Shown here in pieces: positions 50,916 through 61,662 of a stretch of 64,000 bases of DNA. The notes beneath the pieces are model-generated. The model was not told the origin of the DNA. It made no database searches and saw only the letters and a program-made list of their open reading frames with translations. Source of the stretch: an uncultured Erysipelotrichaceae bacterium (GTDB taxonomy: Bacteria; Bacillota_I; Bacilli_A; RFN20; CAG-826); the NCBI GenBank assembly GCA_902787955.1, contig CADAIJ010000006.1, forward strand, positions 8,922-72,921. The letters are read 5' to 3'. Every line of letters starts with the position of its first letter. The first letter of the stretch is position 1. Made by a program: the position numbers and the translations under genes.

Positions 50916-52172
50916 ATGATTGAACTCGAACTTTCTCAAAAACTTTTACTTAAAATAATCTACGAAGACAAAGAATTCAAAAAAGTAATTAAAGAAGAAT
51001 TCTTAAAAGAAGATAACGCTAATTTGTCTCATCAAGTCACATCCTTAATTGGCTGTGTTCTTCGTCATTATACCTTCTTAACTTATCTTCTTAAACCATA
51101 CGAATTATCTAACGAAGATACCTGCTATTTACTCGCCGCTTTAGCGAATAATTTATTCGTAAAATCTTTAGATGTTAATAAGGTAAATGAATTCATAAAA
51201 ACAATATTAAACGATAGATACTCCAGCGAATTGGAAAAAATTCTCACTTATGAAGGTAGTGTTAAAGACTTACATGAATCTAATTCTCCTAAAGATGATG
51301 AGAAATTTATCGCTATGCGTTTTAATGTTCCAAATTATCTTTATAAGATGTGGAAGAAGCACTTTGGAACAGGTATCACTTTCAAAGTTTTAAAACGCAA
51401 TATCAAAGTTGCTTCCCAATATCTCCGTGTTAACACAATGAAGACAATGGAAGATACTTTACTTGCTGAAAATAAAGATTTCGCTAAAACAGAATTTGAT
51501 GACATTGTCGTTTATAACGGTAAAGGCAATATTCGTAAAACCGAAGCTTATAAGAAATATTTAGTTTTCAATGAAAAGATTGCTATGAAACAAGCTGTGG
51601 ATAAAGTTTTCACTCCTGATTTAGAATATGTAACTTTATTCTCAGGCGCCGATAACGCTGCTTTTAGAGAACTATATTTAAGAGCTAATAAGAAAGTTGG
51701 TCTTTCTGTTGCAGTTCCTTCTATCGATGAAAGAGCAGATATTCTCCGCCACATTCGTTTGGAAAAATGCACTAATGTTAATTTATTTGAAGCAACAGAT
51801 TTCACCATGATGAAAGCAGCGATTACTTCTCCTCAAGATTTAATCGTTTTAATGCCAAAATCATCATCCTTTGATCTCATTAGATTATACCCAGATTACT
51901 TACTACATTTTAAACAATCTAATTTAGATGAACTTATTAGAGTTCAAAAAGAATCATTACAAGAGTTCTCTAAATTCTTAGTAACTGATGGCCTCCTCCT
52001 TTATATGGTGGACACAATGAACAAGAAAGAAAGTGTTGATGTCATTCAAGATTTCTTAAGTAAGAATAAAGACTTTGAACTTGTTGAACATCGTCAATAT
52101 TATCCATTCGAAAAAGAAGACTCCACTTTCTATTACGCTATCTTAAAGAAAGTCGATCATAATAATGATTAA
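50916..52172 (+). CDS. RsmB/Sun-like protein lacking the catalytic cysteines
   Basis: Position before rlmN; LRVNTMK; LMPKSS and YMVDT where DAPCS and YSTCT are expected. Confidence 0.75.
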   Translation: MIELELSQKLLLKIIYEDKEFKKVIKEEFLKEDNANLSHQVTSLIGCVLRHYTFLTYLLKPYELSNEDTCYLLAALANNLFVKSLDVNKVNEFIKTILNDRYSSELEKILTYEGSVKDLHESNSPKDDEKFIAMRFNVPNYLYKMWKKHFGTGITFKVLKRNIKVASQYLRVNTMKTMEDTLLAENKDFAKTEFDDIVVYNGKGNIRKTEAYKKYLVFNEKIAMKQAVDKVFTPDLEYVTLFSGADNAAFRELYLRANKKVGLSVAVPSIDERADILRHIRLEKCTNVNLFEATDFTMMKAAITSPQDLIVLMPKSSSFDLIRLYPDYLLHFKQSNLDELIRVQKESLQEFSKFLVTDGLLLYMVDTMNKKESVDVIQDFLSKNKDFELVEHRQYYPFEKEDSTFYYAILKKVDHNND

Positions 52173-53217
52173 TCTTTACGGACAAGAAATAAAAAAACTT
52201 GAGGAACTTTTGATTAGCCGCGGTCAAAAGAAGTTTCGTGCTACTCAATTATTCTCTTGGATTTACGAAAAGAAAGTCACTGATTTTGATGAGATGAGTG
52301 ATGTTTCCAAAACTTTCCGTGAAGAACTTAAACGTGATTTTTGTTTAGTTCAACCTAAAATCTTTAAAAAACAAGTTAGTAATGATGGGACAATTAAACT
52401 CCTTCTTGAACTTGAAGATGGTTCTAAAGTTGAAACAGCCTTAATGCCTTATAACTATGGGAACGCAATATGTGTTTCATCTCAAGTAGGCTGCAATATG
52501 GCTTGTGCGTTTTGTGCCTCTGGTCTTCTTAAAAAGAAGAGAAACCTCGAAGTCCATGAAATGGTCGGTCAAATCCTTGTTATGAATAAGTTACTTGAAG
52601 AAAGAAATGAACGAGTAACTCATATAGTTGTTATGGGAACTGGTGAACCATTTGATAATTATGATAATGTTTTAGATTTTGTTCGAATCGCAAATCACCC
52701 AAAAGGCTTTGCGATTGGAGCAAGACACATAACTATCTCAACTTGTGGTATCGTTCCAGGAATCTTAAGATACGCTAAAGAAGGTCTTCAAACTAACTTA
52801 GCTATCTCCTTACATGCCCCTAACGATGAAATTAGAAATAAAATTATGCCTATTTCAAAAGGCTATCCACTTGATAAATTAATGGAAGCAGTACGCTTTT
52901 ATGAGCGTGAAGCGGGTCGAAGAGTGACATTTGAGTACATTATGTTAAAAAATGTTAATGATTCGATTGAACACGCGAAAGAATTAGTTAAACTAATTAA
53001 AGGAACTTTGGCGTACGTTAACCTAATTCCTTATAACCCAGTGGATGAAAATTCATTTGAAAGAAGTCCAGATAAAGCTGTTCATGATTTCATGTCTTAT
53101 TTAATGAAACACGGAGTTAACACGACAGTTAGAAAAGAATTTGGTAACGATATTGATGCTGCCTGTGGACAATTAAGAGCAAAAGAACATTATGAAGAAG
53201 AAAGACGAAAAAATTAG
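52165..53217 (+). CDS. rlmN: Dual-specificity RNA methyltransferase RlmN
   Basis: SSQVGCNMACAFCASG, MGTGEP, AACGQL. Confidence 0.96.
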   Translation: MINLYGQEIKKLEELLISRGQKKFRATQLFSWIYEKKVTDFDEMSDVSKTFREELKRDFCLVQPKIFKKQVSNDGTIKLLLELEDGSKVETALMPYNYGNAICVSSQVGCNMACAFCASGLLKKKRNLEVHEMVGQILVMNKLLEERNERVTHIVVMGTGEPFDNYDNVLDFVRIANHPKGFAIGARHITISTCGIVPGILRYAKEGLQTNLAISLHAPNDEIRNKIMPISKGYPLDKLMEAVRFYEREAGRRVTFEYIMLKNVNDSIEHAKELVKLIKGTLAYVNLIPYNPVDENSFERSPDKAVHDFMSYLMKHGVNTTVRKEFGNDIDAACGQLRAKEHYEEERRKN

Positions 53218-53950
53218 AGGCGTATTCGCTTATAAGACTGACCCAGGTCGAGTTAGGGTAACTAACGAAGATCATGCAGCAGTTTTAACATGCTCTGCTG
53301 GCTATGTCTTAATGGTCGTTTGCGATGGTATGGGTGGACATAATAAAGGTGATTATGCATCTAAACTTGCCATTGATACCGTTTGTGAAGAATTTAGAAA
53401 AGTTACTAAATTTTTAACACCACTTTCTGTTCGTAATTGGATCACTCGTACTGTCCGTAAAGCTAATAGCATTATTTATAATGAAGCTCAAACCGGCGAA
53501 GAATATAAAGATATGGGTACAACCTTAGTTATGGCCCTTTTATATAAAGATAGTATTTTCATCGCCAATGTTGGTGATAGTAGAGCATACGCTGTTCGTT
53601 ACGCTGGTTTAAAACAACTTACCCAAGATCAAACTTATGTTGAATATCTTTATAGAACAGGAAAGATGACTAAAGAAGAAACTGAAGTATCTGAAAAACG
53701 TCATATTTTAATGAATGCTTTAGGTAGCTTCCCATCTGTTTCCTGTGATATATCAGTAGTTACTAATATTAAAAGTCCAATTTTACTTTGTAGTGATGGA
53801 CTTTATAACAATGCTTCTGAAGCAGAAATTCATCGTGCATTACGTAGTAATGATTCAGTAGAACAAAAGATTGATACTTTAATTGGAATTGCTAACGCAA
53901 ATGGTGGCTCTGATAACATTGGTATTGCATATTGGGAGGCGATTGAATAA
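53192..53950 (+). CDS. PP2C-type Ser/Thr phosphatase (Stp1/PrpC)
   Basis: NED, CDGMGGH, NVGDSRAY, CSDGL, GGSDN. Confidence 0.93.
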   Translation: MKKKDEKIRGVFAYKTDPGRVRVTNEDHAAVLTCSAGYVLMVVCDGMGGHNKGDYASKLAIDTVCEEFRKVTKFLTPLSVRNWITRTVRKANSIIYNEAQTGEEYKDMGTTLVMALLYKDSIFIANVGDSRAYAVRYAGLKQLTQDQTYVEYLYRTGKMTKEETEVSEKRHILMNALGSFPSVSCDISVVTNIKSPILLCSDGLYNNASEAEIHRALRSNDSVEQKIDTLIGIANANGGSDNIGIAYWEAIE

Positions 53951-54828
53951 TGGTTAAAATCGGTGATCGTATTGATAATCGTTATCGTATTACCGCCCGA
54001 CTTGGTACTGGTGGTATGGCGGAAGTTTTCGAAGCGAATGATTTTGTTAGTAAACGTGTAGTTGCTATTAAAATCATGAGAGAAGAACTTCTTGATAATC
54101 ATGAAAATGTGGAACGTTTTGAACACGAAGCTACAGCCTGCGCTCAAATGAACCATCCTAATATCATTAAAGTTTATAATCATGGTTATTATGATGATCG
54201 TCCATACATGGCTTACGAATATATTAAAGGCCAAACTTTAGCAGAAAAACTTGCCTTTTTAACTCAGTTAACTGTTTTTGAATCTTGTCAAATTATGGTT
54301 CAATTACTCGACGCTGTTTCTTATATTCACGCTCACAATATTATTCACCGCGATATTAAACCACAAAATATCTTCTATCTAGCAGATGGTACAGTAAAGA
54401 TTGCTGACTTTGGTATCGCTGTGGATGCAAATATTGATGAAACTAAAACGGAAAAAGGAATTATGGGTAGTGTTTTCTATCTTGCTCCGGAAATTTGTGA
54501 AGGAAAACAATGCTCTATTCAAACAGATATTTATTCGATTGGTGTTACATTCTTTGAATTAATTACCGGTCGCTTACCATTTGAAGAAGGTCGAGCAGTG
54601 GATATTGCTATTGCGCACGTTAAAAAACCTTTCCCAAGTGCCACTAAATATTCACCAACCGTTCCAAAAGAAATCGATAAAATTATTTTAAAAGCTTGTA
54701 AACGTAATCCAAAGGAAAGATACGCATCTTGTGAAGAAATGAAAAACGCTATTGTTTCAGCGATGAATAATCATAATAATTTCGTGGAAAAGAAAGGCTT
54801 ACTTAGAAGGATTTTTGGTTTTAAATAA
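53950..54828 (+). CDS. Ser/Thr protein kinase (PknB/PrkC-like, kinase domain only)
   Basis: LGTGGMAEV, VAIK, HRDIKPQN, DFG, APE; no TM helix. Confidence 0.92.
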   Translation: MVKIGDRIDNRYRITARLGTGGMAEVFEANDFVSKRVVAIKIMREELLDNHENVERFEHEATACAQMNHPNIIKVYNHGYYDDRPYMAYEYIKGQTLAEKLAFLTQLTVFESCQIMVQLLDAVSYIHAHNIIHRDIKPQNIFYLADGTVKIADFGIAVDANIDETKTEKGIMGSVFYLAPEICEGKQCSIQTDIYSIGVTFFELITGRLPFEEGRAVDIAIAHVKKPFPSATKYSPTVPKEIDKIILKACKRNPKERYASCEEMKNAIVSAMNNHNNFVEKKGLLRRIFGFK

Positions 54829-55691
54829 TGAGAGGCAAAATCTTATCTACAGTTGGAGGAGTTTACACTATCTATTCTGATGGTGTTACCTATAATGTTT
54901 TTCCAAAAGGAAATCTTAGATTTAAAAATAAACATCTTACTATCGGCGATGATGTTGAAATTGATGATCGACTAGTTATCGTTGATGTTTATGAAAGAAA
55001 GAACGAATTAATTAGACCTAAGTCATCTAATATTGATCAATTATTAATTGTAATGTCGGTTGTAGAACCAGAACTTTCACTTGAGTTAATCTATAAATTT
55101 TTAACTTACGCGAACATGAATAAAATCCCTTCATTAGTCGCACTAACTAAGGTTGATAAAGTAAAAGATTTCACTAAGATAAATATTCTTAAAGAAGACC
55201 TAAAAAAGATAGGAACTGACCTCTTTTTACTTTCTTATGATGAAAATAGTGAGATTGCTAGACTAAAAAATACCCTCGATAATAAGACTACAATTATTAT
55301 GGGACAAACCGGTGTTGGTAAGTCTTCTTTAATTAATGAAATTGATCCTGCTTTTAACCGTAAAGTTGGGGAATACTCAATGGCGCTTGGAAGAGGAAAA
55401 CATAAAACCAAAGAAGTTATTCTTCTCCCATATAATAATGGCTTTATTGGAGACACTCCCGGGTTTTCTTCTTTAGAGCTTGATATCTTCAAAGAAGATT
55501 TAGCCCATTATTTCCCTGGATATGAAGAATTATATTTAGATTGTTATTTCAGCGATTGCTTACATCAAAATGAGAAAGAATGTGCGGTAAAAAAGAACAT
55601 TGAAAACGGACATCTTTCTAAAGAAGCATATGAAACATATCTTAAATTATTGTCTGAATTGCCTTATCATAAAGAGAGGTTTAAAAAATAA
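54828..55691 (+). CDS. rsgA: Ribosome small subunit-dependent GTPase A
   Basis: TKVD, GQTGVGKSS, DTPGF, C.F.DC.H..E..C. Confidence 0.94.
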   Translation: MRGKILSTVGGVYTIYSDGVTYNVFPKGNLRFKNKHLTIGDDVEIDDRLVIVDVYERKNELIRPKSSNIDQLLIVMSVVEPELSLELIYKFLTYANMNKIPSLVALTKVDKVKDFTKINILKEDLKKIGTDLFLLSYDENSEIARLKNTLDNKTTIIMGQTGVGKSSLINEIDPAFNRKVGEYSMALGRGKHKTKEVILLPYNNGFIGDTPGFSSLELDIFKEDLAHYFPGYEELYLDCYFSDCLHQNEKECAVKKNIENGHLSKEAYETYLKLLSELPYHKERFKK

Positions 55692-56350
55692 TGAATCGTA
55701 AAGTATATGTTGCTCCAAGCTTATTAGCCGCTAATAAAGATCATCTTAATGATGAGATCAAGTTAGTGGAATCTTTAGGCAGTGAATATATTCATTGGGA
55801 TATTATGGATAATATTTTTGTTCCAAATATTGCCTTAAATAGTAAACAATTACACGCTAATTATAATATCCATAAAATGGTTAACGATGTTCATATTATG
55901 GTTATTAATCCTATGGATTATGCTAAAGAATTTATCGAAAATGGCGCAGATCTTGTTACTTTCCATATTGAAGCCACTAAAGATGAAGAAGAAGTTCTTT
56001 CTTTAATAGATTTTATTCATTCTAAAGGTGTTAAAGTTGGTATTTCAATTAAGCCTAAAACCTCTCCTGAAGCTGTTATTAAATATCTAGATAAAATTGA
56101 ATTAGTTCTTGTAATGTCTGTTGAACCTGGTTTTGGTGGACAAAAATTCATGCCTAATGCATTAGAAAAAATTTCTTTCTTAAGAAAGTACATCGATGAA
56201 AATCATTTAAACTGTTTAATTGAAGTTGATGGTGGAATTAATGATGTCACTGGACAAGAATGCATTAAAGCAGGTGTTGATATTTTGGTGGCAGGTTCAT
56301 ATTTATTTGGACACGAAGACATCAAAGAAAGAATCGCTAAGTTAAGATGA
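55691..56350 (+). CDS. rpe: Ribulose-phosphate 3-epimerase
   Basis: APSLL, HWDIMD..FVPN, MSVEPGFGGQ, VDGGIN. Confidence 0.95.
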   Translation: MNRKVYVAPSLLAANKDHLNDEIKLVESLGSEYIHWDIMDNIFVPNIALNSKQLHANYNIHKMVNDVHIMVINPMDYAKEFIENGADLVTFHIEATKDEEEVLSLIDFIHSKGVKVGISIKPKTSPEAVIKYLDKIELVLVMSVEPGFGGQKFMPNALEKISFLRKYIDENHLNCLIEVDGGINDVTGQECIKAGVDILVAGSYLFGHEDIKERIAKLR

Positions 56351-57036
56351 TTGATTTAATTGTTATTTTATTACTTGTATTTACAGTCTTACTTTTTGTG
56401 GCAAGATTCTTTCTTACTCGTTTTGTTGCCAAGGCTAATAATTTAGATAATGTTTTTACTAATAAATTTCCATCTGAAATATTTAAAGCAAAAGAAGGAC
56501 CTATATATTTTAATAAGGTAATTAATTATATATACGCGGGTATAAGCTTCGGTGGAATCTTTATTATCTTACCAAATATTAAATCATTTGGTGGGGTCGA
56601 AGTTTTTTCTATAATTGTCTCATCCGTGGCAGGTCTTGTGGGTTTATTGGGAATTATTAACGCTGAAATATCCGTCTATTATGTCAAACAACATATCTTA
56701 ATTTCCACTATATTTATGGCAGGTAATTTCCTCTTATCTGCTTTAGTAGGAGTTAACTCTTATCTTTATTATCAAATGGGACAAACAACCAAAGCGAGTG
56801 GTGGATCAATTATGTCAATTGTCTTTGCGGTGCTTGCCGCTTTAGTGGCTGTTACTTCTTTAATAATAATGTTTAATCCTAAACTTAAAGATTGGGCAAA
56901 ACTTGTTCGTATTAGTGAAAATGATAATTCATTTGTTCGCCCTAAATATTTCCCACTAGCTTTCTCGGAATGGTTATTTAACTTAATTCACTTCTTATCA
57001 TTATTAATATTTATCTTATCGATAATGACGATGTAA
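56347..57036 (+). CDS. Hypothetical multi-pass membrane protein
   Basis: About 6 hydrophobic helices; ATGA overlap with rpe. Confidence 0.7.
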   Translation: MIDLIVILLLVFTVLLFVARFFLTRFVAKANNLDNVFTNKFPSEIFKAKEGPIYFNKVINYIYAGISFGGIFIILPNIKSFGGVEVFSIIVSSVAGLVGLLGIINAEISVYYVKQHILISTIFMAGNFLLSALVGVNSYLYYQMGQTTKASGGSIMSIVFAVLAALVAVTSLIIMFNPKLKDWAKLVRISENDNSFVRPKYFPLAFSEWLFNLIHFLSLLIFILSIMTM

Positions 57037-57070
57037 AAAAGGTACCGTGATTTCTTCGGTACCTTATTTA
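57035..57070. terminator. Bidirectional terminator
   Basis: AAAAAAGGTACCG-loop-CGGTACCTT followed by ATTTT. Confidence 0.75.
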
Positions 57071-57091
57071 TTCTAAATAAAATTACAAAAA

Positions 57092-57280
57092 CTATTTAGC
57101 GTTTTTAAGTAATGCTCTATGGGCACGGGCAGTCATTCTAACTGTGACTTCCTTACCATCGATTGTTACTTTATATTTTTGTAAATTAGCGTTCCAAACG
57201 CGACGTGTTGCTCTGAAGGAGTGGGAACGGTTATTACCACTTTTTGGACCAACACCACTAACTTGACATACTCTTGACAT
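57092..57280 (-). CDS. rpmB: 50S ribosomal protein L28
   Basis: MSRVCQVSG...GNNRSHS..ATRR.WNANLQ; GAGGT RBS. Confidence 0.95.
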   Translation of the reverse strand: MSRVCQVSGVGPKSGNNRSHSFRATRRVWNANLQKYKVTIDGKEVTVRMTARAHRALLKNAK

Positions 57281-57349
57281 AATTAACACCTCTTTCTTAA
57301 AAAGCGAATAACAATATATCACAACTCTATTTGTTTTGTAAACAAAGAA

Positions 57350-57817
57350 TTATTTCTTCGCATTTGGGAATCTTATTTTATATTCTTCCCAAGTCATTAA
57401 ATTAGCTTTTTCTAAAACTGTATTATAAATAATCTCATCTTTATCAAAAGCGAGATAATGATCTCTCCCATCATTTAAATACATTAATACCATTTTGTGT
57501 TTTTTAGACCATTCTTCATCAACATAAAGTATATCTTTGTATTTAATTTCAGTTACTTTCCCCATTTTATGATGAACGATTTTATCTTTTTCAATCTCAT
57601 AATATGTTTGGGTAATTGATAAAACGCAGAACACTACTGAAACAACTAAGATTGCAGGTGTGTAAATATAAAACGACATATCAAAAGGAAAGAAACCTTT
57701 ATTGAAATCTTGCATTGTGAAATAAAAGATTGCTTCAAATATTAAAAAAGCGATGATAAAAACAATAATTATACGAATCGGTCTTGGAGTTAAATGGTTT
57801 AGTTTTTTATTTGCCAT
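57350..57817 (-). CDS. Hypothetical membrane protein
   Basis: Two TM helices then a soluble domain. Confidence 0.7.
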   Translation of the reverse strand: MANKKLNHLTPRPIRIIIVFIIAFLIFEAIFYFTMQDFNKGFFPFDMSFYIYTPAILVVSVVFCVLSITQTYYEIEKDKIVHHKMGKVTEIKYKDILYVDEEWSKKHKMVLMYLNDGRDHYLAFDKDEIIYNTVLEKANLMTWEEYKIRFPNAKK

Positions 57818-57977
57818 AACGAAAAGATTATAACTTATTTTCTTTAAAAAGAACCAAATATATCGACTCTTTTAGTCTAGAATTACTTTCTTATATTTCT
57901 TGATTTGATTATAACATTTTTAAATGTTAAACTATAAAAGACGATAAAATGTATCAAATAAGAAAGCGAGGCTAATT

Positions 57978-59105
57978 ATGTCGAAAGAAATAGTTGCCAT
58001 GATTCTTGCTGGTGGTAAAGGCACACGCCTTGAAGCTTTAACCAAGAAAGTGGCGAAACCTGCAGTAAGTTTTGGGGGGAGATACCGCATTATTGACTTT
58101 CCATTATCTAATTGTGCAAATTCCGGAATTACAACCGTTGGTGTTTTAATGCAATATGAATCTATTGTGTTAGACCAATACATTGGTAGTGGTGAAAAAT
58201 GGGGCCTTAATGGTGTTCGTGCCTTAACCCAAACTCTTTCACCAAGACAAACCGAACAAGGTATGGCGTGGTATAAAGGTACTGCTGATGCTATTTATGA
58301 AAACTTAGATTTCTTAGATAGCCAAGATCCAGAGTATGTTTTAATCCTTTCTGGTGACCATATTTACGGTATGTCTTACCGCGATATGCTTAACAAACAC
58401 ATCGAGAAAAATGCTGATGTCACTATCTGCTCAATTGGTGTTCCACTTGAAGAAGCTTCTCGCTTTGGAATTATCATTAAAGATGACAACGATCGAATTG
58501 TTGAATTCCAAGAAAAACCCGCAAAACCTCGCTCCAATTTCGCTTCTATGGGTATTTATATCTTCACTTATAAAGTCCTTAGAAAGCTCTTAATTGATGA
58601 TGCTAAAAACGAAAAATCTTCTCACGATTTTGGTAAAGATATTCTTCCAAAGATGCTTGCCGATAAGAAGAGATTATTCTCCTATGAATATAAAGGCTAT
58701 TGGAAAGATGTTGGTACAATCGCATCCTTACATGAAGCCAATATGGATTTAATCGATTCCCCAGCGGGAAGTGACTTATCTAAAGTAATTAATAATAGTC
58801 TATATAGTGAAGACACTAACTCCGCTCCTCAATATATCGGTAGTAACGCTTCGATTAAAAATTCAATTGTTAACCAAGGTGCCGTTATTTTAGGTAGCGT
58901 TGAACATTCTATTATTTCGAATGAAGTATATATCGAAGAAGGCGCTACAGTAATTAATTCAGTACTTCTTCCAGGAGCCCATATTTCTACTGGTGCTCTG
59001 GTTAAAGACGCAATCGTTAATAATGATGCCTTTATTGGAGAGGGCGTAAAAGTTACACCAGAAAATGGCAAGATTGAACTTGTCAGTGGAAGGAGAATGG
59101 AATAA
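57978..59105 (+). CDS. glgC: Glucose-1-phosphate adenylyltransferase
   Basis: LAGGKGTRL, AKPAV.FGG.YRIIDF.LSN, SGDH, DFGKD. Confidence 0.95.
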   Translation: MSKEIVAMILAGGKGTRLEALTKKVAKPAVSFGGRYRIIDFPLSNCANSGITTVGVLMQYESIVLDQYIGSGEKWGLNGVRALTQTLSPRQTEQGMAWYKGTADAIYENLDFLDSQDPEYVLILSGDHIYGMSYRDMLNKHIEKNADVTICSIGVPLEEASRFGIIIKDDNDRIVEFQEKPAKPRSNFASMGIYIFTYKVLRKLLIDDAKNEKSSHDFGKDILPKMLADKKRLFSYEYKGYWKDVGTIASLHEANMDLIDSPAGSDLSKVINNSLYSEDTNSAPQYIGSNASIKNSIVNQGAVILGSVEHSIISNEVYIEEGATVINSVLLPGAHISTGALVKDAIVNNDAFIGEGVKVTPENGKIELVSGRRME

Positions 59106-60223
59106 TGAAAAATATTATTGGTTTATTAAATTTATACGATTCTCCAGAACTTGGACCATTAACTGAAAATCGTACCCTTGCTTCAACTTCATTTTTAGGT
59201 CGTTACGCGATCATGGATTTCGCTTTAAGTAATTTTACTAACTCCGGAATCGATGATTTCTCTATTTTAGTTAAAAATAATTTCCGTTCAGTTACTAAAC
59301 ACGTTCACACCATGAAAGCGTGGGTTTCTAACACTAAAATTGGTAAACAATATTTACTTATTAACGCTAACGGAATTAGAGATAAGAGTCTAAATAACGA
59401 TATCAATAATATTAAGACAAATGACTGGATTTTCTATGAAAGTGACGCTCAATATATTGTCGTTCAACCAGCTCATATTATCTCTCAAATTAATCTTCGC
59501 AAAGTCGTTAAATCTCATATCGCTTCAGGCGCAGATGTTACCTTAGTTTATACTAAAATCACTAACGGTAAATCAACTTTTAAAAAACACCTTATTCCTG
59601 AACTAGATGAAAAGGGTAAAGTCATCTCTTTAAGAAAGAATAACGGTGATGTTGCTCGTATCAATGTATCGTTAGATACATATGTAATCTCTAGAGAGGT
59701 TATGAAGAAGATTCTTAACGCTCGTGGTAATAACCGTGCTACATCATTAAGACAAGCTTTAATTAAAGGGGTGGAAGATTTCTCATTAAATGTTCAAAGT
59801 TATTATTATGAAGGTTATGTCCGCTGCTTTGATTCCTTTAAAGCGTTCTGCGATATTTCCTTTGAATTATTAAATTACGAAAATGCTAAACAACTATTTG
59901 ATACTGGTTGGACAGCATACACAAATACACATAATACCCCACCAGCCAAATATGGTGAAAATGCATGTGTCAAAAATACATATGTCGCTAATGGAGCAGT
60001 AATCGATGGTACTGTTGAAAATTCCATTGTTTCACGTAATGTAGTGATCGAAAAAGGAGCCGTTGTTAAAAATTCTATAATTTTAACAGGGACAAAAGTT
60101 TCTGAATGTGCTATTATTGAGAACGCTGTTATCGATAAGTGGGCATTTATCAGCACTGGAGCCACTATTAAAGCTCCAAAATCACGTCCTACATACGTTA
60201 GACAAGGAAAAATAGTTAAATGA
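59105..60223 (+). CDS. glgD: Glucose-1-phosphate adenylyltransferase subunit GlgD
   Basis: LTENR.LAS..FLGRY.I.DF.LSN; follows glgC; beta-helix C-terminus. Confidence 0.9.
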   Translation: MKNIIGLLNLYDSPELGPLTENRTLASTSFLGRYAIMDFALSNFTNSGIDDFSILVKNNFRSVTKHVHTMKAWVSNTKIGKQYLLINANGIRDKSLNNDINNIKTNDWIFYESDAQYIVVQPAHIISQINLRKVVKSHIASGADVTLVYTKITNGKSTFKKHLIPELDEKGKVISLRKNNGDVARINVSLDTYVISREVMKKILNARGNNRATSLRQALIKGVEDFSLNVQSYYYEGYVRCFDSFKAFCDISFELLNYENAKQLFDTGWTAYTNTHNTPPAKYGENACVKNTYVANGAVIDGTVENSIVSRNVVIEKGAVVKNSIILTGTKVSECAIIENAVIDKWAFISTGATIKAPKSRPTYVRQGKIVK

Positions 60224-61662
60224 AAATTGCAATGATCGCTAGCGAGGCCAATCCTCTCTATCATACGGGTGGGTTAGCAGAAGTAGTTTATTCTTTATCT
60301 CGCTCATTAAATTCTTTAGGGCACGAAACAATTGTTGTCGTTCCCTTCTACAAATATTTAAAAAATTATAAAGAAAGTATTAAACCTGAATTCGTTGGTT
60401 CTTTTAATGTCTTTATGTCATGGAGAAACCAATACACTGGCGTTTTTAAACTTGTTTATAATGGCATAACTTTCTATCTCATTGATAATGAACAATATTT
60501 TATGAGAGATGAAATCTATGGGTTTAATGATGATAATGAAAGATACGCTTTCTTCTCAATCGCTGCGTTAGAATCATTACGTTTAATCAATTTCCACGCG
60601 GACATTATCCATGTTCACGATTGGCAAACTTCTATTATTCCTTGCTTACTTAAAGAAAAATATAACCGTGATCCATTCTTTAAAGGTGTTAAGAGTGCTC
60701 TTACTATTCATAACCCAGCCTTTAAAGGCTTCATGGATAAGTATTTCCTAAATAACTATTTTGGATTATCTGATTCCTTATACGATATGGGCAAAGTCAG
60801 ATTCGACGGCCTTGTTTCCACTTTAAAAGCAGGTATCGTTTATTCTGATGTTATCTCTACAGTTAGTCCAAATCACCGTAACGAATTACTTGATCCTCTT
60901 TCTTCATTCAAATTCAATTATGTTCTTGAATTAAGAAGAGACGACTTTGTCGGTATCGTTAACGGTATTGATTATGATGAATATAATCCTGAAAAAGATG
61001 AAATCATCGCTAAAACATATTCTCATACCACCTTTGCTAAAGCAAAAGAAGCTTGTAAAGCTGACTTATTAAAATCATTCCCAATTAAAGAAACTAAAGG
61101 ACCAGTCTTTGGCTTAGTTACTAGATTAAGTGAACAAAAAGGTCTCGATTTATTACTCGCTAACATTCCATATCTTATGAATGAAGGAGCAAGTCTTGTT
61201 ATCGTTGGTAGTGGCGAAAAAGATATTCAAAACAAACTTCAAGCTCTTCGTGACCAATATCCAGATCGTATCGGTGTCTATTTTGGTTATAACACTAACC
61301 TTGCTCACAAGATTTTTGCAGGGTCTGATTTCTTCTTAATGCCATCTCAATTTGAACCATGTGGTATTGGTCAACTTATCTCCGAAAGATATGGTACTCT
61401 TCCAGTTGCTAGAGAAACAGGTGGTTTAAAAGATACAATCATTTCCTTTGATGGAAGTAACGCGAGTAGCGCAACTGGTTTCTTATTCACAAACTTTAAC
61501 GCTGATGAACTTCACGCTTCATTAGAAAAAGCACTTAGCTTATATCATGATAAAACCACAATGAACAAGCTTATTAAAAACGCTATGAACCGTGATTCTT
61601 CATGGGCTAAGAGTGCACAAGAATATATCAAATTATACGAGAAAGCTTTATTAAAATTATGA
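60220..61662 (+). CDS. glgA: Glycogen synthase
   Basis: [30 protein letters not shown]. Confidence 0.95.
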   Translation: MKIAMIASEANPLYHTGGLAEVVYSLSRSLNSLGHETIVVVPFYKYLKNYKESIKPEFVGSFNVFMSWRNQYTGVFKLVYNGITFYLIDNEQYFMRDEIYGFNDDNERYAFFSIAALESLRLINFHADIIHVHDWQTSIIPCLLKEKYNRDPFFKGVKSALTIHNPAFKGFMDKYFLNNYFGLSDSLYDMGKVRFDGLVSTLKAGIVYSDVISTVSPNHRNELLDPLSSFKFNYVLELRRDDFVGIVNGIDYDEYNPEKDEIIAKTYSHTTFAKAKEACKADLLKSFPIKETKGPVFGLVTRLSEQKGLDLLLANIPYLMNEGASLVIVGSGEKDIQNKLQALRDQYPDRIGVYFGYNTNLAHKIFAGSDFFLMPSQFEPCGIGQLISERYGTLPVARETGGLKDTIISFDGSNASSATGFLFTNFNADELHASLEKALSLYHDKTTMNKLIKNAMNRDSSWAKSAQEYIKLYEKALLKL

